Below, one piece after another: positions 62,251-64,000 of a stretch of 64,000 nucleotides of DNA. The stretch's first letter is position 1. Each line of letters begins with the position of its first letter. The notes under the pieces were generated by a model. It made no database searches and was not told the origin of the DNA. It worked only from the letters and a program-made list of their open reading frames with translations. The stretch spans positions 37,386,001 to 37,450,000 of the forward strand of contig OZ336875.1 of the NCBI GenBank assembly GCA_965287045.1. Direction: 5' to 3'. The position numbers and the translations under genes are program-made. Origin of the DNA: Carcharhinus amblyrhynchos (taxonomy: Eukaryota).

Positions 62251-64000
62251 ATAAGAACATAAGAACATAAGAACATAAGAACATAAGAACATAAGAAATA
62301 GGAGCAGGAGTAGGCCATCCAGCCCTTTGAGCCTGCCCCGCCATTCAATAAGATCATGGCTGATCTGTCGCTGCTCAGTTCCACTTTCCCGCCCTCTCCC
62401 CATAACCCTTAATCCCCTCTCCTATCAAAAACCCATCAACCCGCGTCTTAAAAATATTTAGCGAGGCAGCCTCCACCACTTCAACGGGCAGAAAATTCCA
62501 GAGATTCACCACCCTTTGAGTGAAGAAGTTCCTCCTCAACTCCGTTCTAAACCGCCCCCCTTTTATCTTGAGGCTGTGCCCCCTAATCCTATTGTCTTTT
62601 TTGAGTGGGAAGAGTCTTTCCACCTCTATCCTATCCATCCCATTCATCATCTTATACGTTTCAATGAGATCTCCTCTCATTCTTCTAAACTCTAACGAGT
62701 ACAAGCCCAGTTTATTCAGCCTCTCCTCATAGCTCAACCCCCTCAACTCCGGTATCAGCCTAGTAAACCTCCTCTGCACTCCCTCCAAGGCCAAAATATC
62801 TTTGCGCAGGTGCGGCGCCCAAAACTGCACACAGTACTCCAGGTGCGGCCTCACCAATGCCCTATACAGCTGCAGCAAGACCTCCCTACTTTTATATTCA
62901 ATCCCCCTCGCTATGAAGGCCAGCATCCCATTCGCCTTCCTGACCACCTGTTGCACCTGCAAGCTGGGTTTTTGCGACTCATGCACAAGGACCCCGAGGT
63001 CCCTCTGCACCGTCGCCTGCTGCAGTTTTTCGCCCCGTAAGTAATAGTCCTTCCTACCATTATTCCTACCAAAGTGGACCACCTCACACTTGCCAACATT
63101 AAATTCCATTTGCCATTTCCTGGCCCATTCGCCCAGCCTATCTAGATCCTTCTGCAGACTCTCCACACCCTCCGCACAATTTGCCGTTCCCCCAATCTTG
63201 GTGTCATCAGCAAATTTCGACACTCTACACTCGGATCCCTCCTCCAGATCATCTATATAAATGGTAAAAAGCTGAGGCCCCAGCACCGACCCCTGGGGCA
63301 CTCCACTAGTCACCATCCGCCAATCCGAATAGCACCCGTTGACCCCCAGTCTCTGCCTCCTATTTGACAACCAATCCTCTATCCATGCTAACACCCTACC
63401 CCCAACTCCATGTCCCTCGACCTTCTGCAATAACCTCTTGTGAGGCACTTTGTCAAACGCCTTCTGAAAATCTAGAAAGACCACATCCACCGGCTCTCCT
63501 CTATCCACCGCCCTAGACACATCCTCATAGAACTCCAGTAAATTTGTCAGACACGACTTCCCTTTAATGAAACCATGCTGCGTCTGCTCTATCAAGCAAT
63601 TCCCCTCAAGATGCCTCGCAATTTCCTCCTTAATGACAGATTCTAACATTTTACCTACCACAGATGTTAAACTAACCGGCCTATAATTCCCCGCCTTTTG
63701 CCTGGCACCCTTCTTAAACAACGGCGTAACATTAGCCATTTTCCAATCATCCGGCACTTCCCCGGAATCCAGCGACGTTTGGAAAATAACCACCAAGGCA
63801 TCCACTATCACCTCCGCCATTTCTTTCAGAACCCTCGGATGCATTCCATCCGGTCCTGGGGACTTGTCCACAATCAGCCCCTCCAGTCTGTCGAGCACCG
63901 CCTTTCTAGTAACAGTAATGTCATTAAGACCCTCCAGTCCTCCCACCTTTCCATCGCTAACACCCGGCAAATTATTCACGTCCTCCTCCGTGAAGACAGA
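62251..64000 (-). mobile_element. Young CR1/HER1 LINE running off the window edge
   Basis: (ATAAGAAC)5 tail 62251-62290, intact 3' UTR, uninterrupted RT ORF. Confidence 0.97.
62375..64000 (-). CDS. CR1 ORF2 reverse transcriptase (partial; open beyond window edge)
   Basis: 534 aa ORF 62375..63979; frame continues SVFTEED to base 64000 without a stop; QGSVLGP and FADD intact. Confidence 0.7.
   Translation of the reverse strand, partial: SVFTEEDVNNLPGVSDGKVGGLEGLNDITVTRKAVLDRLEGLIVDKSPGPDGMHPRVLKEMAEVIVDALVVIFQTSLDSGEVPDDWKMANVTPLFKKGARQKAGNYRPVSLTSVVGKMLESVIKEEIARHLEGNCLIEQTQHGFIKGKSCLTNLLEFYEDVSRAVDRGEPVDVVFLDFQKAFDKVPHKRLLQKVEGHGVGGRVLAWIEDWLSNRRQRLGVNGCYSDWRMVTSGVPQGSVLGPQLFTIYIDDLEEGSECRVSKFADDTKIGGTANCAEGVESLQKDLDRLGEWARKWQMEFNVGKCEVVHFGRNNGRKDYYLRGEKLQQATVQRDLGVLVHESQKPSLQVQQVVRKANGMLAFIARGIEYKSREVLLQLYRALVRPHLEYCVQFWAPHLRKDILALEGVQRRFTRLIPELRGLSYEERLNKLGLYSLEFRRMRGDLIETYKMMNGMDRIEVERLFPLKKDNRIRGHSLKIKGGRFRTELRRNFFTQRVVNLWNFLPVEVVEAASLNIFKTRVDGFLIGEGIKGYGERAGKWN

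Noticed and set aside
734-63099. Recurrent short ORFs such as MKKFFLNSVLNRPPFILRL..., ...QNCTQYSSCGLT... and MRRPKLHTVLQ...
   Set aside because: They are antisense or alternative frames of CR1 RT copies and recur only because the repeat recurs.

Overview
Vertebrate genomic DNA, very probably from a shark (Elasmobranchii). It is dominated by CR1-clade LINEs of the HER1 type with (ATAAGAAC)n/(AGAACAT)n tails, HE1-like and Deu-domain SINEs, and Penelope-like element (PLE) ends of the kind abundant in shark genomes. The only confidently identified host gene is an intact tRNA-Ala(AGC) at 49488-49560 (+). It lies about 0.5 kb from a CpG island (~48560-49110) that looks like the promoter and first exon of a minus-strand Pol II gene; if so, most of the left 48 kb is that gene's first intron(s). 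No host protein-coding exon could be recognised. Nearly all long ORFs are CR1 reverse transcriptase or their antisense shadows. The most interesting features are four short PLE-derived insertions: three have 9-12 bp TSDs, three have inverted 3' ends forming hairpins (up to 230 bp arms), and three carry intact or mutated minimal hammerhead ribozyme cores. Also present are a Gypsy pol/LTR relic split by two CR1s and a SINE, several nested insertions, a 28-bp micro-inversion and a young CR1 ORF2 that stays open to the window edge. All family assignments are by eye and from memory of consensus motifs; no database searches were run.
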